Part shown: positions 1 to 11,897 of the stretch, in pieces
Numbering within the stretch: position 1 is the first letter of the stretch
Layout of the letters: the number at the start of each line of letters is the position of its first letter
DNA from: Octopus sinensis
Taxonomy: Eukaryota
Direction of reading: 5' to 3'
DNA length: 64,000 nucleotides
Assembly: GCF_006345805.1 (NCBI RefSeq)
Contig: NC_043005.1
Span: 27,900,001 to 27,964,000 of the forward strand
Notes under the pieces: model-generated
The model's database searches: none
What the model was told of the DNA's origin: nothing
What the model saw: only the letters and a program-made list of their open reading frames with translations
Program-made: the position numbers and the translations under genes

Positions 1-898
1 TAAAAGGTAGACTGTATGACACGAACAGCCATGCTACATGGCAGTGAAATATGGGCCGTGACTGCTGAGGACATGCGTAAGCTCACAAGGAATGAAGCCA
101 GTATGCTCCGCTGAATGTGTAATGTTAGTGTGCATACTCAACAGAGTGTAAGTGCCTTGAGAGAAAAGTTGGACTTAAGAAGCATCTGATGTGGTGTACA
201 AAAGAGACAACTGCGCTAGTATGGTCACATGGTGAGAATGGAGGAGGATAGCTGTGTGAAAAAACGTCACACCCTAGCAGTTGAGGGAACCTGTGGAAGA
301 GATAGACACAGGAAGATCTGGGATGAGGTGGTGAAGCACAACCATCGAACATTAGGCCTCACCAAAGCAATGACTAGTGACTGAGACCTTTGAAAATATG
401 CTGTCTTTGAGAAGACCCGGCAAGCCAAGTGAGACCATAACCCATGGCCTATGCCATTGGTGTAGCCTGCCCACTTATGCATACCTTTCCTTCATTGGAC
501 ACTAAACTCTTCTTGCAAAGACACGTTGAGGCAAGTGAAATCAAAATCTAATTCGATGACAGCACAGCATGACTGACATCCATGATAGTGGAGCGCTAAG
601 AGCACCATCCAAGCGTGATCGTTGCCAGGGCTGCTGACTGGCTCCCGTGCCAGTGGCACATAAAACACACAGTGTTGCCTTACTGGCACGTGAAAAACAA
701 CATTCGAGTGAGCTCATTGCCAGTGTTGCTGGACTGGCTCCTGTGCAGGTGACACATAAAAACACCATTTGAGCATGCAGCTGTAGAAACTCTTCCAGAT
801 CAGATTGGAGCCTAGTGCAGCCTTCTGGCTCACCAGTCCTCAGTCTAACCGTCCAGCCCATGCCAGCATGGAAAGCAGATGTTAAACGATGATGATGA
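1..898 (+). mobile_element. RTE-clade LINE 3' fragment (decayed RT C-terminal region, structured 3' UTR, (GAT)n tail)
   Basis: Decayed reading like KGRLYD..AMLHGSE.WAVTAEDMRKL; same sequence recurs at about 19430, 26420 and 35045; shared tail AGGAAGGGCATCCAGC...CCATGCCAGCATGGAAA...(GAT)n. Confidence 0.75.
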
Positions 899-907
899 TA
901 AGTGTGC

Positions 908-981
<74 letters not shown>

Positions 982-984
982 ATA

Positions 985-1385
985 TTCTTTTACTTGTTTA
1001 AATCATTTGACTGCAGCTATGGTGGAGCACTGCCTTGAAGTATTTTAGTCAAACAAATCAACCCCAAGACATTTTTTTCTTAACCTAGTGCTCATTCTAT
1101 CGGCCTCTTTTGCTGAATCACTAGGTTATGAGGACATAAACACAGCAACACTCGTTGTCAAGCGGTGATGGAGTGGGGCGGGGACACAAACAAAACACAT
1201 AGCTATATATATATATAATATATATATATATACGACAGACTTTTTTCAGTTTCTGTCTACCAAATCCACTCACAAGGCTTTGGTCAGCCCAAGAAGACAC
1301 TTGCCCAAGGTGCCACACATTAGGACTGAATCCGGAACCATGTGGTTGGGAAGCAAGCTTCTTACCACACAGCCATGCCTGCACC
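985..1385 (-). mobile_element. tRNA-derived SINE, family B (other copies about 36590-37035 +, 37140-37555 +, 51205-51618 -, 51970-52358 -, 58270-58615 +)
   Basis: Head with B-box-like GGTTC...CC, central GGCACCTTGGGCAAGTGTCTT and internal (TA)/(CA) tract; multiple dispersed copies in the window. Confidence 0.75.
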
Positions 1386-1718
1386 TTATATATATATGCA
1401 CATACACATGCTGGTGAAAAATGTAAGACACCTGTGCCAGCGGCACATAAAAGGCACTTGTGCAAGTGACATGTAAAGGGCACCCGTGCCGGTGATACAT
1501 GTAAGGTACGTGTGTCAGTGGCATGTAAAAGGCACCTACTACACTCTTGGAATGGTTGGCTTTAGGAAGGGCATCAAGTCATAGAAATCAAACAAAACCA
1601 GACTGGAGCCTGATACAACTCTGGTTTACCAGTTCTAGTCAAACTGTCCAACCCATGCCAGCATGGAAAATGGATACTAAAAGATGATGATGATATATAT
1701 ATATTAACCAATACTAAC

Positions 1719-1868
1719 CTGTCTAGTAACAGTAATTTCATCATATTGTTCATAGCCTAAAGGACCATGCTTCTTGTCTAAATTGTCAAACACAATACTG
1801 ACGGTAGCTTTTGTAACTCCAGCTTGGCCACTCTTGTATACAAGGTCCTGAAGGTTGGTAGCACGAAC
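1719..1868 (-). CDS. SMC2: SMC2 (condensin ATPase subunit), coding exon 2
   Basis: tttag|GTT...CAG|gttagt, 150 nt, phase 0/0; translates [50 protein letters not shown], directly continuing the SMC2 N-terminus; not in the ORF track. Confidence 0.97.
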
Positions 1869-2783
1869 CTAAAGAGAACAGTAATTACATATATTAATAA
1901 TAATCATTGAACTGAGTGGATTAAATATATCATAGAATATCAGGTAAGGTGTTCTTATAACATTTTCAATATTGACAATAGTAATTTCTTTGATTAGGGG
2001 CAATGGGTGATGGATGTTGAAGAATGGATAAAGAATGGTTGGTGAATGGAGATGGCGGTGTCTTGAGAGAAATTGTAATTTGAATTATTGCAGATCCATC
2101 CAAGCCTTGCTTAATTGTGCAGAAAAGCAGACATTATAACAATACGCTCAGAAGGTATTTTTTGTAAAAAAAACAAATGATGTTGATAATTCTATTTTGT
2201 ACTTTAATAATAAAAAAATCTAAATCAAAATATTGTGAAGATTTAATTTTCCAGTTATTTGAAAATTGCCTGTGATTAAAACAGGTTAGAAGTCTCTTGA
2301 ACGAATAACAACTGCTTTAAAATAGAACTTTAGGAAACTTCGGTATAAACTTGATCAATCTGTCTTCGAAAACATCTGTTAGGCTCTCGTGTAAGAATGG
2401 AAAACAAGTATTTTTTTTTTTTTATGACAGAATAAGAGGATATTGCGGTTGACTGAGAGATGCAGAATACATAGTGTATGAAGACAAAAATGTCTTTATT
2501 TGCTTATCTCCAAGTGTCAAAAATTAAACTGTCAACTCAGTATAAATAAATATGTATAGCAGAAATCATTTACAAGATTAATATGAATATGAAATAACCT
2601 TTTTTTTTCTTCTTCTACACACACACCACAGTTTAAACATCACACATTCACAGACCGTGTGATTCTGCGAACTAAAGAGAAATAGCCACGCAAAAAAAGT
2701 CTAAACATCATGATATTTGTAAGTGACAAATACAAATCTCTCTGTTTTAATAATACTTAATTTGGTTAATTATTATTATTATT

Positions 2784-3155
2784 AAGGCGGCGAGCCGGCA
2801 GAATCGTTAGTACGCTGGACGAAATGCTTAGCGGTATTTCGTCTGTGTTTACATTCTGAGTTCAAATTCCGCCGAGGTCGACTTTGCCTTTCATCCTTTC
2901 AGGGTCGATTAAATAAGTACCAGTTACGCACTGGGGTCGATATAATCGACTTAATCCGTTTGTCTGTCCTTGTTTGTCAGGTAATAAAGAAATAGGTATT
3001 TCGTCTGTTTTTATATTGAGTTCAAATTCCGCCAAGGTCGACTTTGCCTTTCATCCTTTCGGGGTTGATAAATTAAATACCAGTTACGCACTAGAGTCGA
3101 GGTAATCGACTGGTCCCCACCCACAAAATTTCAGGCCTTGTGCCTATAATAGAAA
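2784..3155 (+). mobile_element. tRNA-derived SINE, family A, one near-full plus one partial copy (other copies about 8455-8665, 10686-10918, 22185-22630, 31105-31330 -, 32862-33265, 37601-37813, 43183-43400, 61353-61730 -)
   Basis: AAGGCGGCGAGCTGGCAGAA...GAGTTCAAATTCCGCCGAGGTCGACTTTGCC...TAATAAAGAAATA repeated more than 10 times; B-box-like GAGTTCAAAT. Confidence 0.85.
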
Positions 3156-3925
3156 GGAATAACTATTGTTATTGAAATATAAGGAAATGTAACTATGTTG
3201 AAGAATTACTGTAGAAACGCGCTATATTCCCCCAACAGGTGTCTTCTTGCCATCCAACAAGTTGTAACTGTATAGTATATAACACATTACTTTAGAATAC
3301 TATGTGTGCGTGAGTAATATAAATCATAAGATATCGCATCGAAATAACTTATCAGTTTACGTTCCAGGTTCAAATGACGCCCAGGTCGACTCAAAATGTT
3401 TTACTATAGGGGAGATTTCAGATTCATACCAGTTAGAGAAAATAGGATGTTGTGACGTTCATTCATTTCCTGTCATTACAGATGAGGTACAAAGTTAAAC
3501 GATATTGCCTCAACAGAGAATTCAAACTCATCTCAGCAGCAATTTAATACTTTAATCAGCATAACAATACCATAAACAATGAGCGAAGGAAAAAGAAAAA
3601 AAATACAACTTTTATATAATAAACTAGCCTGAGGCAACAATAACAAATATTTACTTTGTTAAAAACGAAAAATGTTTAATTTCAACAGTTAAATGTTTGT
3701 GTATAGAAGATAACTTCTATAGTAGCTGACAATTCTACCAGAACTGCTGAACCTCTAGGAAACATTCCACTGGCTCGAAGAACCCCTGCGCAATAATTTA
3801 ATAGTCTTATGCACACATATCTGCACAGGAGACTTAAAAATTACTGCCGATTTTAGCAGTTTTGTAACTTCTTGCGGAACCCCTGCACTGTACTGGAGGA
3901 ACCCTGGTTGAAAACTACTGCTCCA

Positions 3926-4029
3926 GACATAGATTTAGCATATAAACAATGACACATAGATTAAGCATATAAACAATGACACATAGATTAAGCATATAAA
4001 CAATGACATAGATTTGGCATATAAACAAT
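3926..4029. repeat. 27-bp minisatellite, about 4 copies, in SMC2 intron
   Basis: AGATT(T/A)AGCATATAAACAATGACACAT starting at 3931, 3958, 3985, 4010 (periods 27, 27, 25). Confidence 0.9.
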
Positions 4030-4277
4030 CTAGAGTTCTTATGATAAAAGATAGACAAGCGTAACAGGAGAAATCTATGTGTGTTTATACAACTGCAAAG
4101 TCGGATGGCGGGTATTTAGGATGAGATTATAATGTCCGTTAGACAGAAACAAAACACGACTAATACGGGAATAGATTTTATATGACATGAATGATAACCT
4201 AATATACCAGTGATAAATTATATATATATATATAGAGACATGTAGTGAAATAAAGGAGTATATATATAAATATATAC

Positions 4278-4445
4278 CTGTGACAAGTTGGATATACCCA
4301 GAAGGAAACATATCGAATCTAAAATATTCGATTTACCACTTCCATTTAAACCAGTAATGGCATTGAATAGATGATCGAATCCATTGATCTCTGTTCGTTG
4401 AGCATATGACTTAAAACCATCAATGACAATTGATTTAATATACAT
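4278..4445 (-). CDS. SMC2: SMC2 coding exon 1 (Walker A / P-loop)
   Basis: [56 protein letters not shown], 168 nt, ends CAG|gtatat; SMC2-specific N-terminus with GLNGSGKS. Confidence 0.98.
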
Positions 4446-4599
4446 AATGTTGCTCTAGAAGTAATTAAAATGAAAACAACTCAAGATGCTGGCTTCGTTT
4501 TTGAATTTCCTCCTTTATCGTAAATGGCGCCTTAATTGACAACAGTTGATCACGCATGCGCATTAAGTGCTTCCTGTCTAGTAGCACATGCTTCTCAAC
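4446..4599. promoter_or_regulatory. Putative bidirectional promoter between SMC2 and DPH2
   Basis: 154 bp between divergent ATGs; TTTGAA 4500-4505 (CHR-like), AAATGGCGCC 4522-4531 (YY1/E2F-like), CACGCATGCGCA 4551-4562 (NRF1-like), CTTCCTG 4570-4576 (ETS-like). Confidence 0.6.
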
Positions 4600-4622
4600 A
4601 TGGCAGATACAACTGTTGACAG
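4600..4622 (+). CDS. DPH2: DPH2 coding exon 1 (MADTTVD-S)
   Basis: caacATGG Kozak context; AG|gttgtt donor in phase 2 matches exon 2 (AG+T = Ser). The donor is weak and the peptide is not conserved, so this exon is the least certain. Confidence 0.7.
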
Positions 4623-6590
4623 GTTGTTTCACTATTTCTGTGTTTATTTTGTTATTCTTTATTTGTACATATTCCCTGATCTAACTGACTTGTGGTCAGT
4701 CGTGTTCCAACCGTAATGATTCCGTCTTATATATATTTATTGTATAACATTATTCGCTGTGTGCGTTTTTCTTTCATTTCTGGCCTGAATGTATTTTGAG
4801 GAAGTTTTTGGCTGCTATTTCTACCAGAGCAAGTACCCACGTAGTCTCCTTCGTATTTCTGTTGCTTAACTGCTTTTGTGTATGACTGTGTCATCAATCG
4901 AATTGTCTATACATGGCTGTGTGATTTAGTTGACTCCACTTTGCGGTTGCTTTGGTCAAATGAAATTTTGTAAACAGTGACAATGAAAGCCCGTCGTTGT
5001 ATTTCGGTTGTTGATTTAATCCATCACTCGGTTTAACATTACCAAGTGAACGACGTCTGTCTTTAGCGGAGCCCGCTCTGTAGCAAGCATTCAAACTAGA
5101 CTTTTTGCTTAATGATAACTTTTCCCCATCAATCGCAGAAACTTCCTAAAAGGGCCATTGTTTCAGCCCACCATCGTCTGATAAAAAATATTTAAAGAAG
5201 TACACACTAGTTGCTGGTTTCGGAAACATCTGTTTAATAGCGTAGCTGAGAAGGAAGGGGCAGCACTTCTCGGTCTGTTGTAGGCGAAAGTAAACAATAC
5301 GTACACAGGGTGTTTACAGTTAGGGCTTTTGTTACGCCGAAAACGGGTGGTGTACATATTCTTTGCCTTTGCCCTGTTGTATAAGCTTGTTTAGATTTGA
5401 GGGTCCTTGGTAGGGACAGCTAAATAAAGAGCCGCGCCGGGCGGTACACACGAGTTAGTCATTGCTTTTATTGTTTCAAGAAGAATTTGAATTAACTCAG
5501 ACCGTATAGTGTCGAACTAAATAATTAGCCCTTGTAAGTTTGTTTGTTTTGTTTTTTTAACTGCTGTTATTTTAAACTAACGAGCAAGTTACATTGTATA
5601 ACTAAATAGCTAATGTAAAATAATTTCTTTTTCTAATGTTACTAATCAATTACGTAAAGACTAAATTAGATTTGTCTACTTTCAGTTTTGTTATTAGACT
5701 CGACTCTCTGAACAAATTTCTTATTACAAAAACGTTCCAGTCATGACCATGTGTCTTCTTTTTTTCTTTATTCGAATATAATGAATCTAGGACTACATTA
5801 TTCAATGTACCATTTAAAAAAACAGTAACGTGTAATTTAGACCTTACTGTTATTTCTAGCAGATCAAACAATCATATAAAGGCTTTCTTGTTAGCGTGTC
5901 GTATGAAGAATTACTTCAAGTTTCACTCTTTATTATGCACAGCAAGTAATCACCGATTAACTATACTAAATTTCTCAATTATTGCAGGGCTGTATTCCGG
6001 TAGAACTACTCCAAAACTCTACCATTATTTCTATTGTTAAAAAAAAAACAACAACACTTTAATTCTATTGCAGAACCGAAACACAAAACAAAAAAATATA
6101 TATATGTGTGTGTGTACTCTGCAAGTTCTTGTACAGTGGACTGTATTTTTAATTACATAGACAAAAGGTGACGGGTTGTTTTATATAAAGGTTGGGGCAA
6201 AATGAGTAATTTCTGATTTTTGGTTATTTGCTTCCTATTTGTTTGGAATGATTACATTGCAAGTATTACATCATCTTTAGGGGTAAAAGTTGGTCAGCAT
6301 ACTTGTTAAGGAAGTTGAGAGAGTTTGGAACATCGGTGATAATTACTTTTTTTTTTCAGGAGATTTTTCAACTTTGACCCAATTGTAATTGAGGTTACCA
6401 TTAAAATATCTGGATAATTTTTGGTAGCCAAATTTGTCTTTATATGCTCGTTGTTTACTTCACTTTCCCTCTCTTTTCATCACCGTCTTTCTTTAATACA
6501 TACCTACCGATGACTCCCTACCGTCTTTTTCACCCTGTCTCACCTGTCACATATTCATTTTTCTATTCACCTTCTTACTATTGTCTACAT

Positions 6591-6865
6591 CAATGGTTCC
6601 CAAACTCTTTTCGGCTGCTTCCCCCTTGGCACCCAGGCCACGTTCCTAGCGCTCCCCTCCCCCACTCACCACCACAATCATAGACTACTTCCTGCTGCAA
6701 ATTCAAAACGACTCTAATTCACAAAGAAAACTTAATCTAATTCACCCATAATTTTTTTGTTTTTACATCCATCACCCCCATTTGGTCACCCCATTATCAC
6801 CCCACTTCCCTTCAACGCCACCTTTGATCTTTCCACTGCCTCCAGTGGAGAAGTACCAACCACTG
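6591..6865. mobile_element. hAT-family MITE with 8-bp target-site duplication
   Basis: GTCTACAT at 6583-6590 and 6866-6873 flanks termini CAATGGTT...AACCACTG. Confidence 0.75.
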
Positions 6866-7539
6866 GTCTACATTAAACAAACAGGCACAATTTGGGAAAG
6901 ACTGAGAACAATTTAACCTCTCTAGTACACCCAGTATACTCTCTAAAGTGATTGGTGAATAAACAGGAATGGTGTAGGATAGAGAGGATACATTATTTTC
7001 TAAAGGCAAGTCAGCCTTTCTAGTGCTGGATTAGAAAACATTAAAGGACAACACATCCATCCATTTTCTTCAAAATTCTCCCCAAAATAGAGGTGATGAA
7101 AGCAGCACACATAACACAATTCTAAACTACACACACAATATCCATGGGTCACAAATAAGAATCTTTTGTTGCTCACACATATACCACACACGGGCAAGGG
7201 CAATGGTCACTCTAAGAGGGTATTCAAGCATCATGGCTACTGTGTGGGAGGGGATTCAAAGGTCATAACCCCTATCTGGGATAGGGTCATTGTGTGGTGT
7301 GGTAAGTGCAAAGTTCACTGCTAACTGAAAAATAAAAAATATGTTCAAATTTTGATGAGGTCGTCCTTACCTTTCATTCCTCCAAGGGTAAGTTTTGTGT
7401 TCTCCAATTCAAACATGTCTTTGTAGAATGATCAAGGTATTGAAGAAGAAAAGCATTAAAAGACAGAATTTTTTAAATTCTACATTTGATTTTTTTGTTT
7501 ATGTATTTTATTAATTCTTTATGTTTTTCCTTTTTACAG

Positions 7540-7711
7540 TGAAAAGGTTCCCCCCCTCCCTGTGGCATTCAGTAGTATCAATGATGTACGATTCCAAAAA
7601 GATGTCTCTGAAGAATCCTCTTTGCATTCTCCAACATCCAGCACTACCCTTATTGAGAAGTATGAACTCGCCAGATGTCTGCAATGGATAACAAACAATG
7701 GGTTTCAAAGA
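7540..7711 (+). CDS. DPH2: DPH2 coding exon 2
   Basis: ttttacag|T GAA...AGA|gtaagg; EKVPPLPVAFSS...YELARCLQWITNNGFQR matches the DPH2 N-terminal FSS and YEL motifs. Confidence 0.92.
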
Positions 7712-7729
7712 GTAAGGCAAACTAATACC

Positions 7730-7911
7730 GTTCTATATTTAAGAGATGTGGAATTATGAACATTATTTACATTTGACATATTTGTCCTCATCTTGTTTGT
7801 TAACACGTTTCAGCTGATTTACCCTCCAGCCTGATGAAGGCTGGAAAGTATATCAGCCAAAATGTTGTGTTAACAACAAGATGAGGACAAATATCTGCCA
7901 AATGTAAATAA
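7730..7911. mobile_element. Hammerhead-motif repeat, inverted pair of 3' halves
   Basis: Self-complementary arms TTTACATTTGAC..ATTTGTCCTCATCTTG / CAAGATGAGGACAAAT..CAAATGTAAA; CTGATGA at 7831. Confidence 0.8.
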
Positions 7912-9399
7912 AAAGGCAAACTGTTTTGGATAATTAAAAATGACAGGGCAACTTTCAAATTATTACTCAACCATATGTCCAAATTCTTAAACTATCCAAT
8001 TACCAAATTATAAACCTTTTTGATTCCATCCCTATCGGTAACTGCCCTTCTATGATACAGACTGCTTGCTTTAAAATGACCTAAATTAAAACGTTCCATC
8101 AAAATGTCGTGTTAATTAATGTTCCAAACACCAGCTTAACTCTTTTGATACCAACTCACCTGAGAATGCCCTTAATCCTATGACATAAATTCCTGTTTTA
8201 AAATGATTTAAATTAAAACCTTTTGTCAAAACTTTGTGTTGATTTATGTTCCAAACTCCAGCTTAATAACAACAAATTTATTTTTACTAAATTCATTACT
8301 TTAAAAGTTAACTGAAACGAAGCCGGTACATTTTAATAGAAATTTTGCAACAAAAGAATTAATAACAACCAAGTTATTTTACTAAATTCTGTATTATTTT
8401 CAAAATTAATTCAGATATCTGTGCTGTATTTCAACAGAAACAGTCACTAAAAGGTGGTGAGTTGGCTGAAACATTAGCACGCTGGGCGAAATGCTTAGCA
8501 GCGTTTCATGTCTTTACATTCTGAGTTCAGATTCCACGAAGGTCAACTTTACCTTTCATCCTTTTGGGCTTGATAAATTAAGCACCAGTTGCATACTGGG
8601 GTCGATCTAATTGACTGGCCCCACTCTATAAAAATTTCAGGCCGTGTACCTAGACTAGAAAAGAAACACAGTCACAAAAGGGTTAAACTATGAGACCAAC
8701 TACTACACTCCAGAGTATGACTGTAAACTACATCCAGTTGTAAGACCCTGGGGCCCTGGTTTCAGGGTGTGAGGAGTGTGAAATGACCTCTTAGCCACAA
8801 TTGTCCCCAGGTCTACTCTGGCCTGGAGTGGTAGCACCTGTAAGAGTCCCAGCTGTGGGTTACCTAGCAAACCCCCTGCAACTGGGGTAGTGGGGTTGGT
8901 AGAATGCAGTCACCGTATTCCTTGCATAGACCTATGAAGAAAGGTGTTCCTGCCGTAACAATTGCATTTCTTTCAAGTAGTCCTGGTTTCTCACTGAGAA
9001 CCTCACTACTACATTATACATGTCCTTCACTAAGATGATTCTATGGAGATTTTGTTGTTATTCTGTGCAAGTCAAGTGACAACATAGAATCTGCTTCATC
9101 AGCTGTGGTGGCTTTAGCAGTTGCTATAAGTAGACACAGTCTCACTGGGATTGTTTAAGGTGTGAAACAACAAGCAAGGGAGATAATTCCAATACAATCG
9201 GTTAATTGAAATTTATTATCATTATAAGACAGTATACATTGGAGAGGATCTGAACTTAAAGGCAATTAATAAAAGTAATGATGGTGGTGGGGATTGGGTG
9301 AAACAACAGTGCTGATAGTTGTAGGGGGTGTTCATAATACTGGCAGTGAAGTGTGCAAGTAATAGTATTAACCAGTTTCTCATTTGTTTGAATCACCAG

Positions 9400-9512
9400 G
9401 TGTCACTTCAGTTTCCTGATGAATGTCTGGTCGACTCTGCTGCTATAACAGCATGGCTTGATGGAAATGTATCTGGCAAAGTATTTGTTCTTGGAGACAC
9501 GTCTTATGGCAG
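9400..9512 (+). CDS. DPH2: DPH2 coding exon 3
   Basis: caccag|GTG...GGC AG|gtgagt; VSLQFPDECLVDSAAITAWLDGNVSGKVFVLGDTSYG carries the LQFPD and LGDTxYG motifs. Confidence 0.97.
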
Positions 9513-11008
9513 GTGAGTTCTCATCTCCCTCTTTTATGTTGACTTCCTTCCACTAAGGAACAGTAGACATACAGACCGTATGATCATAAGTTCAATCATT
9601 ATTACAACAGTTTTGTAACCCACTGACCAAGATATATATATATATATAGTGCTTGAAGAGACCTATTGAGTTAAGTACATCAAAATCAAATCAAATCACA
9701 TACAAATGGAAATTGTAGTTGTGATCCCTGTGCCGGTGGCATGTGAAAAGCACCTTCCAATCGTGGTCGATGCCAGCCCCCTCTGGCCCCTGTGCCGGTG
9801 GCATATAAAACAGTGCCCACTACACTCTCAGAGTGGTTGGCGTTAGGAAGGGCATCCAGCTGTAGAAACTTTGCCAGACCAGATTGAACCTGGTGCAGCC
9901 TCCTAGCTTCACAGACTCCAGTCAAACCGTCCAACCCATGCCAGTATGGAAAACGGACGTTAAACAATGATGATGATATATACAAATGTAGGTTCCTCTC
10001 TGCTTCATTTGTTAGTCATTCAGTTAATTATTGTCTTTGAGCAAAACCCTTGGAAATTTCATGGGTTTTGTTTCTTATTATAACTGCCACAATTACCTTA
10101 TATTTACAAGTAGGCTTGAGTTACAACCTGTTCTCTGCTTACATATGTGTGTATATACATATGTTTGCATACATACTGACAGACATATATATGGAAGATC
10201 TTAATATTTTTCTCTTATTCATGTACTTTTGGAAGATCTTAATATTTTTCTCTTATTCATGTAGCAAACTATTACCTTCAATTAATCATACCATTATTTA
10301 TATACCAAGGTTCATTTCCAAAGATATTTCAAACAAATGCAAAGAGAGTAAGCAGGAATGAGATAACTAAAGATGCTGTGACATCACAAACTCTTGCTGT
10401 CTTCATATTCTCCCTCTCCTCCCCGTCCCCTTCATGTTTGACTTTCTACTTTCTCTCCTCTATGTTTACTTCAACTCTCACTCTTTCTTAATCTATCACG
10501 TTTCAAAATCCTCTGTCTTCCTCTTTCTCTGTCTATCTTTCTCCATTCACCGTTATCAACACCAATGTTCCTCCCACCACCACTACCATAACTCCCAACT
10601 ATTTCCCTCTTACACTATTTGACTTACTTCCCTTAGTCTGACACAAACCTCAAGTAGACTGGTAAGAACGTAGTCTTATATTAATAAGGCGGCGAGCTGG
10701 CAGAACCGTTAGCACGTCGGGCGAAACACTTAGCGGTATTTCGTCTGCGTTACGTTGTGAGTTCAAATTCCGCCGAGGTCGACTTTGCCTTTCATCCTTT
10801 CGGGGTCGATAAATTAAGTACCAGTTACGCACTGGGGTCGATGTAATCGACTTAATACCTATGTCTGTCCTTGTTTGTACCCTCTGTGTTTAGCCCCTTG
10901 TGGGTAATAAAGAAATAAGTATTATATTAATGCATTTTAGTTAATTACTATCTATCTTAATTACAGCCCATCTAAATTAATTTCTGTCTATTTTATTCCT
11001 ACGAACAG

Positions 11009-11229
11009 CTGCTGTGTTGATGAAGTATCTGCCCAACACTACACTGCTGATAGTATCATACATTTTGGCTACACTTGTCTCAGTCCAACAAAACGGTTAC
11101 CTGTTCTGTATATATTTGGAAGATATTCTATTGATGTTGAAGATTGTTGTGCAAAGTTTCAAGAAATCATACCAGATCCCATGTCAAAGGTCATCATCTA
11201 TTACGATGTTAGATACACACATGCTATTG
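11009..11229 (+). CDS. DPH2: DPH2 coding exon 4
   Basis: aacag|C TGC...ATT G|gtaatt; SCCVDEVSAQHYTADSIIHFGYTCLSPTKRLPVLYIFG..., conserved SCCVD and HFGxxCLS cysteine motifs; not in the ORF track in this frame. Confidence 0.97.
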
Positions 11230-11503
11230 GTAATTGTTGTTCTTATATTTGGTGATGTCTGTATTATATTTATGTATTATGTTGGTGATATTATTATTAT
11301 TATCATTATTATTATTACGGGCTCATAGGTGCTGGTGCCATGTAAAATGCACCCATGCTAGTATTGCATAAAAGCACCTAGTACATTTTGTGAAGTAGTT
11401 GGCATAAGGAAGGTCATCCAGTCATAGAAACCATGCTAAAACAGACATGGATCCTGGACAGCTCCTGTTAAACCATCCAACCCATGCTATCATGGAAAAA
11501 GGA

Positions 11504-11897
11504 TTATTTACATTTGACGGATATTTGTCTTCATCTTGTTTGTTGTTAACACAACGTTTTGGATGATATACCCTCCAGCCTTCATCAGGTGACTTGGGGA
11601 AATCTCAAACCTGGGTTCTCATTCCTAAGGTATTTTTCGATGTTATTATTATTCAGGTCACTGCTTGGAATCGAACTAGGAATCTTGAGGTTAGTAGCCC
11701 ACGCTCTTAACCACTACGCCATATGCCCTTAGGAATGAGAACCCAAGTTTGAAATTTCCTCAAGACACCTGATGAAGGCTGGAGGGTATATCAGCTGAAA
11801 TGTCGTATTAACAATAAACAAGATGAGGATAAATATCTGTCAAATTTAAATAATGTAAATAATGTATATAATTCCTCATCTCTTAAATATAGAACTG
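11504..11897. mobile_element. tRNA-head plus hammerhead-motif repeat, head-to-head inverted pair
   Basis: Minus copy 11504-11727 with tRNA-like head; plus copy from about 11727 lacking the head; CTGATGA...(G/A)AAA cores at 11549-11592 (-) and 11765-11808 (+). Confidence 0.85.

Noticed and set aside
3926-4029. 27-bp direct repeats as a CRISPR array
   Set aside because: Units are contiguous with no unique spacers, the context is a eukaryotic intron, and no cas genes are present
4218-4277. C-terminal VYIYIY... extension of the SMC2 ORF
   Set aside because: Read-through into the intron past the CAG|GT donor
10191-10263. Short direct duplications (39-bp period here; also about 18331-18385 and 53839-53878)
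   Set aside because: Ordinary slippage duplications with no further structure
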